64,000 bases of DNA from an uncultured Chloroflexia bacterium (GTDB lineage Bacteria; Chloroflexota; Limnocylindria; Limnocylindrales; CSP1-4): assembly GCA_963749705.1 (NCBI GenBank), contig CAVVNQ010000008.1, positions 64,001 through 128,000 on the forward strand, given 5' to 3'. Numbering within the stretch: position 1 is the first letter of the stretch; each line of letters opens with the position of its first letter. The notes beneath the pieces were generated by a model. It was not told where the DNA came from, did no database searches, and saw only the letters and a list, made by a program, of their open reading frames with translations. The position numbers were made by a program, and so were the translations under genes. Shown here piece after piece: positions 47,888 to 57,259 of the stretch.

Positions 47888-48009
47888 CGGAGGGTTTCCA
47901 TTCGGCTGAGTCTACCCAGCCGCAGGTATCGGCCCCGCCATGAGCTTCCGTCCGGCCGTGCGCATCACCCGCCGCGGGGCGGCCCCGCTCGCGTATCCTC
48001 GCCGGACCG

Positions 48010-49770
48010 ATGCGCTTGATCGAGATCCGCCTGCTCGAGGGACCCAACGTCTACCGGCTGGTGCCGGTGGTCAAGGTCGAGGTCGCGATCGGGCGGGGCC
48101 GCGCGTGGCACGGGTCGCGAACCCCCGACGACGCCGCGCTCGTCCACCTCGGGCGAGCCGTGCCGGCGCGCGCCTGGCCGGACCCGATCGCCGATCTCGT
48201 CGCCTGGACACGGCGCCTCCGGACGGAGCACGGCGAGCACCGGGGGCCGGTCCACGTGCACCGGACCTCCGACCTCGATCGATGGATCGTGACCTGGCCA
48301 TGGGACGGCGCGGAGCGCGCCCGGGTCATCGCGGAGGCCGCGTTCGACCTCGCCTCGCGCTCGGTGTCCGCGAGTCGTCACGCCCACCTGACCGGGGCGC
48401 AGGCCCGCAACCTCGCCCGATGGACGGCCCGGATCGCCGGATCGGGCGCGACGCCGCCGGCCTGGATCCGCGACGGGGAGCGGCGGATGCCCGCGATCTC
48501 GGTCACGGGGACCAACGGCAAGTCCACCGTGACCCGCCTGATCACGCACATCCTGCTGCTGGCCGGCCGGCACGTCGGCACGACGACGTCCGATGGGATC
48601 CTGGTCGACGAACGGCTCGTCGACGCCGGCGACTGGACGGGGCCGGGCGGCGCGACCGCGGTCCTCCAGCGCGCCGACATCGACGTAGCGGTGCTCGAGA
48701 CCGCGCGGGGTGGCCTGGTGCTGCGCGGGCTGGGCTACGAGAGCAACGACGCCAGCGTGTTCACCAACGTGTCCTCGGACCACCTCGACCTCCAGGGCAT
48801 CCACACCCTGCCCGAGCTCGCCGAGCTCAAGGCGACCGTGTGCCGGGTGACGCGGACCGACGGTTGGACGGTCCTCAACGCGGACGATCCGATCGTCGCC
48901 GCCGTCGCGCGGCGAGTCCGCGCCCGGGTCGCCTACTTCTCGCTGGACCCGGACGGTTCCCGGGTGATGCGCCGGCATCTGGCGGCCGGCGGGCGCGGGT
49001 ACGGCCTGCGCGCGGGCCGGCTGGTCGAGCGGGAGGGTCCCGAGGAACGCGACATCCTCGAGGTTGCCGACCTCCCGGTCGCGCTCGGCGGCATGGCCCG
49101 CCACAACGTCGCGAACGCCCTCGCGGCCGCCGGCGGCGCGCGCGCGATGGGCGCCACGCTCGCGGAGGTCGGCGAAGGCCTGCGCGACTTCCGCCCGTCC
49201 GCGGAGCTGTCCCCGGGACGGCTCAACCTGTACCAGCTCGGCCAGCGCGTGGTGATCGTGGACTTTGCGCACAACGAGGCCGGCACGGAGGCGATCCTCG
49301 ACGTGGCGGCCGCCATCGCGGGTGGCGCCGCCGGCCGCACCTCGCCGATCACCGCGATCATCGGCACGGCCGGCGACCGGCCCGAGGAGACGTTCCGCGG
49401 GATCGGGCGGCTGGCCGCCGAGCGCGCGCAGCGGGTCGCGATCAAGGAGACCCTGAGCTACCTGCGCGGTCGCGAACGGGAGTCGGTCGTCGCGCTGCTG
49501 CGCGAGGGGATCGCGGCGGGCGGCGGTGATCCGGCGGCCGTTCCCGTGTACGAGACGGAGTCCTGCGCGCTCGAGGCCGAGCTCGCGGGCGCGGGTGCCG
49601 CAGCCGCGGGCGACGGGCGTCCGGGTGCGCCGCGGGTCGTGGTGCTGTTCTGCCACGAGCAGCGCGACGAGGTGTTCGCGCTGCTGAAACGCCTCGGGGC
49701 GCGGCAGGTGGACGCGGCCAGCGGGCTCCACGACATCTCGCCCCGGCTCCACGACTACCGCGCGCGGTGA
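48010..49770 (+). CDS. Cyanophycin-synthetase-like Mur ligase lacking the ATP-grasp domain
   Basis: N-terminus IRLLEGPNVY resembles CphA RVLRGPNYW; then GTNGKST, SDG, GDWTGP, ETARGG, TNVSSDHL, LNADDP, NVANALAA, PGRLN, DFAHN, GDR, IKE, LRGR, all collinear with the CphA M domain. Confidence 0.85.
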   Translation: MRLIEIRLLEGPNVYRLVPVVKVEVAIGRGRAWHGSRTPDDAALVHLGRAVPARAWPDPIADLVAWTRRLRTEHGEHRGPVHVHRTSDLDRWIVTWPWDGAERARVIAEAAFDLASRSVSASRHAHLTGAQARNLARWTARIAGSGATPPAWIRDGERRMPAISVTGTNGKSTVTRLITHILLLAGRHVGTTTSDGILVDERLVDAGDWTGPGGATAVLQRADIDVAVLETARGGLVLRGLGYESNDASVFTNVSSDHLDLQGIHTLPELAELKATVCRVTRTDGWTVLNADDPIVAAVARRVRARVAYFSLDPDGSRVMRRHLAAGGRGYGLRAGRLVEREGPEERDILEVADLPVALGGMARHNVANALAAAGGARAMGATLAEVGEGLRDFRPSAELSPGRLNLYQLGQRVVIVDFAHNEAGTEAILDVAAAIAGGAAGRTSPITAIIGTAGDRPEETFRGIGRLAAERAQRVAIKETLSYLRGRERESVVALLREGIAAGGGDPAAVPVYETESCALEAELAGAGAAAAGDGRPGAPRVVVLFCHEQRDEVFALLKRLGARQVDAASGLHDISPRLHDYRAR

Positions 49771-49822
49771 TCGCCCTGCGGCGCCATCGCCATGACCAGG
49801 TGGCGCGCGACGGCCGCCCGAG

Positions 49823-52741
49823 TCAGCCCAGCGGCGCCTCCAGCTCGCCCGGATCGGCGAACGCGGTCGCGCCGTCCGAGCGACCGGCCAGCGCCATCGC
49901 CTCGCGGTAGACGCCCACCGCGTCGTCCGCACACACGACCACGAGGTCGCCCGGGGCTGCCCGACGGAGCGCGGCACGGACCGCGGCCGCCTCGTCGAGG
50001 ATCTTCTCCACCTTCATCGCCCGGGCCCGACCCTCGCCGCGAACGGCGCGGATCCCGTTGGCGACGTTGGTGGCGCTCACCCCGGGCTCGCGGCCGCGGA
50101 GGTGCTTGTCCTCGCGGATCAGGATCTCGTCGAACGCGGTCGCTGCGAGCGCGCCGTACTCGGCCTGGTCCTCGTCACGGCGATCGCCGGGGATCCCGAT
50201 CACCCCGATCGCGCGCCCCGTGCGCGCCGGCTGCGGGTGCGCCCCCGAGCCGAGGACGCCGGAGCGCGTCTGCGGCTCGATCATCATCCGATTGACGAAG
50301 TCCGCGAGCTGGCGCATCCCGTCGACGTTGTGGCAGTAGTCGATCACGACGTGGGTGCCCGCGACCTCGACCAGGTTGAGCCGGCCGGGCGCCTGGAAGA
50401 ACGACGTCGTGAACGTGCGCAGCCCCTGGCGGATGTCGTGGAGATGCGCGCCCGCGGCCCACGCGCCGGCCGCCGCGGCGAGCGCGTTGGCGACGTTCAT
50501 CCGGGCTCGGCCGCCGAAGGTGGCGGGCATCAGGTGCGTGTACAGCACGGGCATCTTGCGCGGCCCGTGCTTGAGGATCACCAGCTCGCCCTGCGGGGTG
50601 TCCTCGAGGCAGAAGGCCGCGTTGCCGCGTGACGTGTGCCCGTCCACCCGGTCGTACCCGTCCTCGCCCTTGACCTTGGACATCGAGAACAGGACCACCG
50701 CGCCGGCACAGTGACGGGCCATCCGGTAGACAAGCGGGTCATCGGCGTTGAGCACGGCCGATCCGGAGCGCGGGACCGCTTCCACGATCACGCCCTTGAC
50801 GTTGGCGAGCTGGCCGATCGTCTCGATGCCGCCCAGGCCCAGGTGGTCGCCGGTGACGTTGGTCACGACCGCGACATCGTTGCGGTCGTAGCCCAGGCCC
50901 TCGCGCAGGATGCCGCCGCGGGCGACCTCGAACACCGCGGTGTCGACGGTCGGGTTCTGGAGCACCATCTGCGCGGACCGGGGACCCGACATGTCGCCGC
51001 GCTTCATCAGCCGGCCGTCGATGACGATGCCGTCGGTCGAGGTCATCCCCACCCGCCGGCCCATCAGCTTGAGGATGTGGGCGACCATCCGGACGGTCGT
51101 GGTCTTGCCGTTGGTGCCGGTGACGGCGAGGATCGGGATCCGGGCCGGCGTGCCGGGCGGGAACAGCATGTCGATGACCGGCTTGGCGACGTACTGCGGC
51201 TCGCCCTCGGTCGGATGGGTGTGCATCCGGAACCCGGGCGCCGCGTTGACCTCGACGATGCCGCCGCCCGTCTCGCGGACCGGGGTCTCGATGTCGGGGC
51301 AGATGAAGTCGATGCCGGCGATGTCGAGCCCGACCATCCGGGCGGCGGTCTCGGCGATCTCGACGTTGTCCGGGTGCGCCTCCGCGGTGCGATCGATCGA
51401 GGTGCCGCCGGTCGACATGTTGCCGGTCAGCGCGAGCTTGACGAAGGTGCCCGGCCCGGGAACGCTGTCCGGGCTGAGCTCCTGGCTCGCGAGCAGCGCC
51501 TCGGCCGCCTCGTCGAGCCTGATCCGGGTCAGCACCTTCTCGTGGCCGATCCCCCGGCGCGGGTCCGCGTTCGTGGCATCGACCAGCTCCCGGACCGTGC
51601 GCTCGCCATCGCCCGTGACGCTGGCCGGCACCCGCTCCGCGACCGCGGCGAGCCTGCCGTCGATGATCAGGCAGCGGTAGTCGTTGCCGGTGATGTAGCT
51701 CTCGACGATCACGTCCCCCGACCGGCTCTGGGCCAGCGCGACCCGGAACGCGGCCCGAACCGAGTCCTCGTCCCGCAGGTCGAGCACGACGCCCCGGCCG
51801 TGGTTGCCGTCGAGCGGCTTGAGCACGCACGGGTAGCCAAGGCGCCGGGCCGCGGCCGCCGCCGCGTCCTCGGTGTCGACGACCTCCGACCGGGGTACCG
51901 GCAGGCCCGCCGAATCGAGCAGCCGGTTGGTCAGCTTCTTGTCCGAGGCGATGTCCACCGCGATGCCGCCGGTGCGCGAGGTCATCGTCGCCCGGATCCG
52001 CTCCTGGTGGACGCCCTGGCCCAGCTGGACGAGGCTGTACCGGTCAAGCCGGATGTACGGGATGTCGCGGCTGGCGGCCTCGTCGATCAGCGCCTGCGTC
52101 GAGGGCCCGAAGGCGAGCCGCTCGGCAAGCCGGATGAGGTCCTCGAGCCGCGCCTGGAAATCGAACGCGTGCTCCGGGTCGTCCGGCGCGACGAGGTGGT
52201 TGACGAGGTCGACGGCCATCTTGCCGGCCTCGATCCCGACCTGCTCCTCGCGATACTCGAAGATGACGTTGTACCGGCCGTACTCGCCGGTGCCGCGCGT
52301 CTTGCCGTGACGGACGTCAGTGCCGGCCAGGTTCTGGAGCTCGAGCGCGACGTGCTCCGCCACGTGACCGACCCAGGTGCCGTCGCGCAGCCGGGTGATG
52401 AACCCGCCGCGGCGCCCGAGCGAGCACGCGTGGTCCTCGAGCGACGGCAGCAGGCCGACCAGCCCGTCCACGAACCCCGGGATCCGGTTGCTCGGATGCT
52501 CCTCGAGCACGCCCAGGTCCACGACCTGGCGGATGACCGGCTCGCGCGCCCAGTAGTTGGGCCCGCGAAGGACGCGGGTCTCGATCGTGCGCAGGGTCGG
52601 CCGGGGGCCCGTGGCCGTCTTGCCGGTGGCGCGCCGGCGGGCCCTGGAGGGCGCCGCGCCGCGTCCGGGTGCGCCGTCGGCTGCCTTGCCCGTGGAGGCC
52701 CGGCTGGCGCGCTTCCGGGGAGCGGGTTCCGTCTGCGCCAC
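49823..52741 (-). CDS. cphA: Cyanophycin synthetase (CphA1-type)
   Basis: GPNYW, C...HVAEH N-domain motif, GPST, KPLDGNHGRG, DYR, NMSTGG, EVNAAPGFRMH, GTNGKTT, DYCHN; GAGGAGG RBS before GTG 52741. Confidence 0.95.
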   Translation of the reverse strand: MAQTEPAPRKRASRASTGKAADGAPGRGAAPSRARRRATGKTATGPRPTLRTIETRVLRGPNYWAREPVIRQVVDLGVLEEHPSNRIPGFVDGLVGLLPSLEDHACSLGRRGGFITRLRDGTWVGHVAEHVALELQNLAGTDVRHGKTRGTGEYGRYNVIFEYREEQVGIEAGKMAVDLVNHLVAPDDPEHAFDFQARLEDLIRLAERLAFGPSTQALIDEAASRDIPYIRLDRYSLVQLGQGVHQERIRATMTSRTGGIAVDIASDKKLTNRLLDSAGLPVPRSEVVDTEDAAAAAARRLGYPCVLKPLDGNHGRGVVLDLRDEDSVRAAFRVALAQSRSGDVIVESYITGNDYRCLIIDGRLAAVAERVPASVTGDGERTVRELVDATNADPRRGIGHEKVLTRIRLDEAAEALLASQELSPDSVPGPGTFVKLALTGNMSTGGTSIDRTAEAHPDNVEIAETAARMVGLDIAGIDFICPDIETPVRETGGGIVEVNAAPGFRMHTHPTEGEPQYVAKPVIDMLFPPGTPARIPILAVTGTNGKTTTVRMVAHILKLMGRRVGMTSTDGIVIDGRLMKRGDMSGPRSAQMVLQNPTVDTAVFEVARGGILREGLGYDRNDVAVVTNVTGDHLGLGGIETIGQLANVKGVIVEAVPRSGSAVLNADDPLVYRMARHCAGAVVLFSMSKVKGEDGYDRVDGHTSRGNAAFCLEDTPQGELVILKHGPRKMPVLYTHLMPATFGGRARMNVANALAAAAGAWAAGAHLHDIRQGLRTFTTSFFQAPGRLNLVEVAGTHVVIDYCHNVDGMRQLADFVNRMMIEPQTRSGVLGSGAHPQPARTGRAIGVIGIPGDRRDEDQAEYGALAATAFDEILIREDKHLRGREPGVSATNVANGIRAVRGEGRARAMKVEKILDEAAAVRAALRRAAPGDLVVVCADDAVGVYREAMALAGRSDGATAFADPGELEAPLG

Positions 52742-52823
52742 GTGAGCCTCCTCGCTGCCGTTGGGACGCCGAGTGTACGCGCGGCGGTCTGCGTGGCGCA
52801 CGATGCCCCACGCACGGCGCGGA

Positions 52824-53657
52824 TCAGCTGGACGCGACCTCGCCCTGGATCGCGTGCAGGTGCGGCGCCGTGACCCGCATCCGGCGACGGAGGTCGAACC
52901 GGTAGCCGGCGGGCAGCGAGTGGAGCACGACGTTGCTGATCATCAGCGGCCGGTGGCCGCGGATCTCCCAGGCGTCGGTCTCCGAGGCGGCGCCGTCGAC
53001 GACCGTGATCGAGCCGCGGCCGATGACCTCCATCACCTGGTCGGGGCCGACGATGCCCGCGGTGTCCTCGTCCACGCCGAGGCCGAGCAGGCCGGGGTTC
53101 TGGGCGATCAGGCTGAGCAGCCGCCCGAGCCGGTTCCGCTGCTGGAAGTGCTGGTCCACGATCACGCCCGGGAGCAGGCCCAGGCCCGCGGCGATCTGCG
53201 CCATCCGGTGCTTGGGGGTGGCGCCCGACCCGCCGAACGCGATCATGTGGCTGGACACGGCCGAGGCACCGGCGGACGTCCCCGCGACCACCGCCCCCGC
53301 CTCGAACCGGGCGGTGATCGCTTCGGCGAGGCGGGTGCCGCCGATCATCGATGACAGGCGGAGCTGGTTGCCGCCGGTCAGGAACACGCCGGTGGCGTCG
53401 TGGACGATGCCCGCCGCGTGCTCGTCGTTTGCCTGCGCTCGGGTCACCGCGTGGAGCGGTCGGACGGCGGCGGCGCCGAGCTCCATGAACACGTCGCGGT
53501 ACAGCCGGCCGGCCTCGGGCCCCATGGACGATGCGCTGCTGATGACGGTGATCCGGGCATCGGGTCCGCCGGCGAGCGCGATGAACCGGCCGAGGATGAC
53601 CCGGTCCCGGATCTTGTCCTCCGCGCCGCCGATGACGATGACCGTTCCCTGCGCCAT
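52824..53657 (-). CDS. cphB: Cyanophycinase
   Basis: IGGAEDK, TGGNQ, GTSAG (Ser), DQHF..RNR.GRL (His), GVDEDT (Glu). Confidence 0.93.
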   Translation of the reverse strand: MAQGTVIVIGGAEDKIRDRVILGRFIALAGGPDARITVISSASSMGPEAGRLYRDVFMELGAAAVRPLHAVTRAQANDEHAAGIVHDATGVFLTGGNQLRLSSMIGGTRLAEAITARFEAGAVVAGTSAGASAVSSHMIAFGGSGATPKHRMAQIAAGLGLLPGVIVDQHFQQRNRLGRLLSLIAQNPGLLGLGVDEDTAGIVGPDQVMEVIGRGSITVVDGAASETDAWEIRGHRPLMISNVVLHSLPAGYRFDLRRRMRVTAPHLHAIQGEVASS

Positions 53658-53776
53658 GGTGGGCGGAGTATATCGGCGTCGGTGACGACGGAACCGCAGG
53701 CAGCACGACCGGCCATGGGTCGCGGCCGACGCGGGGCATGGTCAAGCGGCGCCCGGGCGCGCGAGAATGGCGCCTG

Positions 53777-54775
53777 ATGGACGCGACCGCCGCCCTCCGA
53801 CGACCCTCCCGCCGCCGCGCGGGCGTGATCCGTCGCGCGCTGCGGCGCGAGGCGACGCGGCTCCGTGACCCGCACCGGATCGCGGCGATGGCGATCCTGA
53901 TCATCGTGTTCGCGCTCGCGATCGCGGGCATGACCGCACGGGGCGATGTCGCGGGCGCCGACGCCCAGGCCTACTGGGCGGCGGTCAGGATCTGGATCGA
54001 GGGTGGCAACCCCTACCACCCGACCGGCCCGTTCCTCCCCTACGTCTATGCGCCGTGGATGCTGCCGCTGTTCACGCCATGGGCGCTGCTCCCGTGGGAG
54101 GTGGCCTGGTTCGCCTGGCGCGGCGCCACGATCCTGCTGCTGCTGTGGTCGATCCGGTGGGCGTATGCGAGGCGGCCGCTGCCGGCGGCGATCCTCGTCG
54201 GGCTGCTGGCGTTCCCGTTCGCCGCGAACCTGGACACCGGCAACATCAACCTGCTGCTCGCGCTCGGCCTGTTCGGCGCGCAGTTCACCGGGCCGCGGCT
54301 GGGCGGGTTCCTGTGGGGCCTTGCGACCTGGATGAAATGGGTCCCGGCGCCGCTGTGGCTGGTGCTGCCGCCACGGTCCCGGGCATGGGGCCTCGTGTTC
54401 CTCGCCCTGTCCGGGCTGCTGTCGCTGGCCATGCTGCCGCTGACGATCATCCAGCTCCAGGCCCTGTTCGGGTTCGGGCAGCGGCCGTTCCGGGCCGACT
54501 ACCTCGTGTTCATCTGGTCGGCGGTGCCGTGGTGGTGGCGGCACGCGGATCCGTTCGCGTTCCTGCGCGCCTCCTCGTGGCGCGACATGACCCGGTACGG
54601 GGCGAGCGTGGCGCGCTCGTGGGCGGGCGAGCTGCGCGCGGACCCGGTCGGATCGCTCGGGCGCGCGCGGGCCTGGCTCCACGACTGGGGCGGCCGGTTC
54701 CTGGGGCTGGAAGCGGCCGGCCAGCGTGCGCAGCGACCGGCGTCCGAGCCCGCGATCGCCGAGATCGGCGACTGA
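53777..54775 (+). CDS. GT-C fold membrane glycosyltransferase (GT87-like)
   Basis: DAQAYW, NPY, YVYAP, GNINLL, WMKWVP motifs; multiple TM segments. Confidence 0.75.
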   Translation: MDATAALRRPSRRRAGVIRRALRREATRLRDPHRIAAMAILIIVFALAIAGMTARGDVAGADAQAYWAAVRIWIEGGNPYHPTGPFLPYVYAPWMLPLFTPWALLPWEVAWFAWRGATILLLLWSIRWAYARRPLPAAILVGLLAFPFAANLDTGNINLLLALGLFGAQFTGPRLGGFLWGLATWMKWVPAPLWLVLPPRSRAWGLVFLALSGLLSLAMLPLTIIQLQALFGFGQRPFRADYLVFIWSAVPWWWRHADPFAFLRASSWRDMTRYGASVARSWAGELRADPVGSLGRARAWLHDWGGRFLGLEAAGQRAQRPASEPAIAEIGD

Positions 54776-54997
54776 GAGCCTGCCGCACCCAACGCGTTGC
54801 TCGACAACTCCCGGGTGCGGGGCGTTGCCGACTCGACGATCGGCACTTCGGCCGCCTGATGCACCGGGTGCATCAATGTCGGCGCCAGCATGGCGGAATG
54901 GGGCCACGAGGCACCGTTCCGGCTCGCCAGCTGCCAGACTGGAGGACGGCCTGATGCGCCGGGTGAGTCGCACGCAGGCGGGGCTGGTGGCCGCGCC

Positions 54998-56347
54998 TCA
55001 GGCGGCCGACGCGGAGTCGGCGCCGGCACGCCCACGCGGCGGCTCGACGACCGGGCGCAGCGTGATCGCCGCAGCGAGGTACAGCACGACACCGAGCGCG
55101 AACACCGCGCGAGGGCTGAGCTCGATATAGCCCGCCCGGGTCACCAGGTCGAGGACGACGCCACCGATCGCGAGCCCCAGCGTGGTCGCCGAGGCGGTCG
55201 CGACGTTGCTCAGGCCCATGTACCGGCCCGCGGATGCGCGCGGGATGATGTCGGTCATCAGCGCCCAATCGACCGCGAGGAACGATCCCGCGGACGCCCC
55301 GAACAGGAAGCCGCCCAGCAGGGCCACCGGCACGTTGGGCGCGACGGCCGCGATCGCGATCCCCACGGCACCGATGGCGCAGGCGGCCCAGATCACGGGC
55401 TTGCGCCCGATTCGATCCGAGATCCTCGACGCCGGGACCACGGCGATGAGGTTCGCGACCACGACCACCGCCAGCACCAGCAGCTGTGTCTGGTTGGCCT
55501 CCTCCTTGAGCATCCCCAGCGCCCGACCGAGGAAGATGAGCACGAAGTTGGCGAGCAGCGCCCCGCCACCGAGGAACAGCAGACGGGAGAGCAGGAGCCA
55601 CACGTACGACCGCTCCTGGAGGATGTCGGTCGCCCACGCCTCGCGCGCGATCGTCGCCCATGACCTGCCGTGGCGCGGCCTCGGCGGCAGGCCCTTGCCC
55701 ACGCGCAGCACGACGCTGGCCATGCTGGCGAGCTCGATCATCGCAACGGCCAGCAGCGCCAGCGGCATCGCCTTGAGGCCGACCGCGAGCGCCACCAGCC
55801 CGTAGCCGGTCACGTTGCCCACGATCTGCATCAGCCCGACCATGCCGCTGGCCATCCCGACCTGGCGCTCCGCGACCATGTCCGGCACATAGCCCTGGAA
55901 CGGACCGCGTGCGGTGTTGGTGCTGAGCTGGAGCAGGATCACCGCCGCCGCCAGCACGTACACGTTGCCGGCCAGGGCGATCGCGGCCAGGAACACGAGG
56001 TCGAGCAGCGAGCCGACCACGATGAACGGCTTGCGCCGGCCCCAGCGGCTCTCCCAGAAGTCGCTGATGTAGCCCACCGTCGGCTGGACGATGATCGACA
56101 CGATCGCAACGCCGAGCCCGATCAGGAACATCGTGGTCCCGACCTCGCCCTGGGTCACGAAATGGTCGAACTCGAGGCGGTTCGTGTTGAACTGGCCGAC
56201 CGCGGAGTCGATCGTCGTCAGGCCCAGCCAGTAGGCCGAGATTCGCAGCAGGTGCGAGATCGGCAGCAGGCTGGTGGGCCGCTCGCCACTGTCCAGGGTG
56301 ACGTCGATCTCGACGCCGATGGTGGCCGTCGTCGCGGTGGCATCCAC
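54998..56347 (-). CDS. MFS transporter
   Basis: GYISD..SRWGRRKPF, ISDRIGRK, AGRYMG; GGAGG RBS before the GTG. Confidence 0.88.
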   Translation of the reverse strand: MDATATTATIGVEIDVTLDSGERPTSLLPISHLLRISAYWLGLTTIDSAVGQFNTNRLEFDHFVTQGEVGTTMFLIGLGVAIVSIIVQPTVGYISDFWESRWGRRKPFIVVGSLLDLVFLAAIALAGNVYVLAAAVILLQLSTNTARGPFQGYVPDMVAERQVGMASGMVGLMQIVGNVTGYGLVALAVGLKAMPLALLAVAMIELASMASVVLRVGKGLPPRPRHGRSWATIAREAWATDILQERSYVWLLLSRLLFLGGGALLANFVLIFLGRALGMLKEEANQTQLLVLAVVVVANLIAVVPASRISDRIGRKPVIWAACAIGAVGIAIAAVAPNVPVALLGGFLFGASAGSFLAVDWALMTDIIPRASAGRYMGLSNVATASATTLGLAIGGVVLDLVTRAGYIELSPRAVFALGVVLYLAAAITLRPVVEPPRGRAGADSASAA

Positions 56348-56638
56348 GCCTGTGCCTCCGATCGCTGTCCGGTCCCGCCGGGTCCGCGTGTGGGTGGTCT
56401 CCCCGTTGGTTCGCGGGCGCCGGCCAGTTCCGGCGTCGATCGGTCGTTCGCGCCCTCGACGCGAATGTAGTGTGGAGACGCGCCGGCACCCGATGTGTGG
56501 CGCCTGAGCTCCGTGCTCGCGGGGAACATAGGTCGTGTCAGGGGCCGTGGCGAGGGTCGAATCGCCCATCGCGCGGGATGGCGGCCCAATCTGCGCAGGA
56601 TCAGGCAGGCCGGAGCCCGCGCAGGCGATACGCTCCGA

Positions 56639-56663
56639 GAACGGTTCCGGCTCCCCGTTCGTC
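56639..56663 (+). promoter_or_regulatory. Putative ECF-type autoregulatory promoter
   Basis: GAAC-N17-CGTC about 40 nt upstream of the sigma start. Confidence 0.55.
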
Positions 56664-56704
56664 ATGTCGGGCGAAGGGAGTCGACGATCTTGCTGGGGAG
56701 TGTC

Positions 56705-57259
56705 GTGGGGGAGCACGTCGGTCGCGGGGCGGCGAAGCCAACGCTGCGCGTCGTCGACGGACGCGCCGATGCGTTCCGCCGGCTGGTCGATCGCGAGCTC
56801 GACGCGGCCTACCGGCTGGCGGCCGTCATCCTCAACGACCGGGTCGAGGCCGAGGACGCCGTCCACGACGCGGCCGAGTCCGCGTGGCGACGGTGGGGCG
56901 ACCTGCGCGATCCGGCCCGGTTCGATGCGTGGTTCCGGCGGATCCTGGTCAACGGCTGTCGGGACCGCCTCCGGGCACGGGCGCGACACCGCGTGGTCGA
57001 CCTGGGCCGCGAGCTGACCGAGGCCGAGCACCCGCGGATCCCGGATGCGGCCGGAGCCGCCGAGGTGAGAGACGTGGTCGACCGAGCGCTCGACGACCTT
57101 GGCGCCGATGAGCGCGTGCTCATTGCGCTGCGGTTCCACCTCGACCTGTCCGTCCCAGCGATCGCTGCTGTCCTCGGGATTCCCGAAGGCACAGTCAAGT
57201 CGCGCCTGCACCACGCGATGAGCCGGATGCGCACGGCAATCGAGGAGGCCGACCGATGA
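56705..57259 (+). CDS. ECF RNA polymerase sigma factor
   Basis: EAEDAVHDA, FDAWFRRILVNGCRD, IAAVLGIPEGTVKSRL; start uncertain. Confidence 0.9.
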   Translation: MGEHVGRGAAKPTLRVVDGRADAFRRLVDRELDAAYRLAAVILNDRVEAEDAVHDAAESAWRRWGDLRDPARFDAWFRRILVNGCRDRLRARARHRVVDLGRELTEAEHPRIPDAAGAAEVRDVVDRALDDLGADERVLIALRFHLDLSVPAIAAVLGIPEGTVKSRLHHAMSRMRTAIEEADR

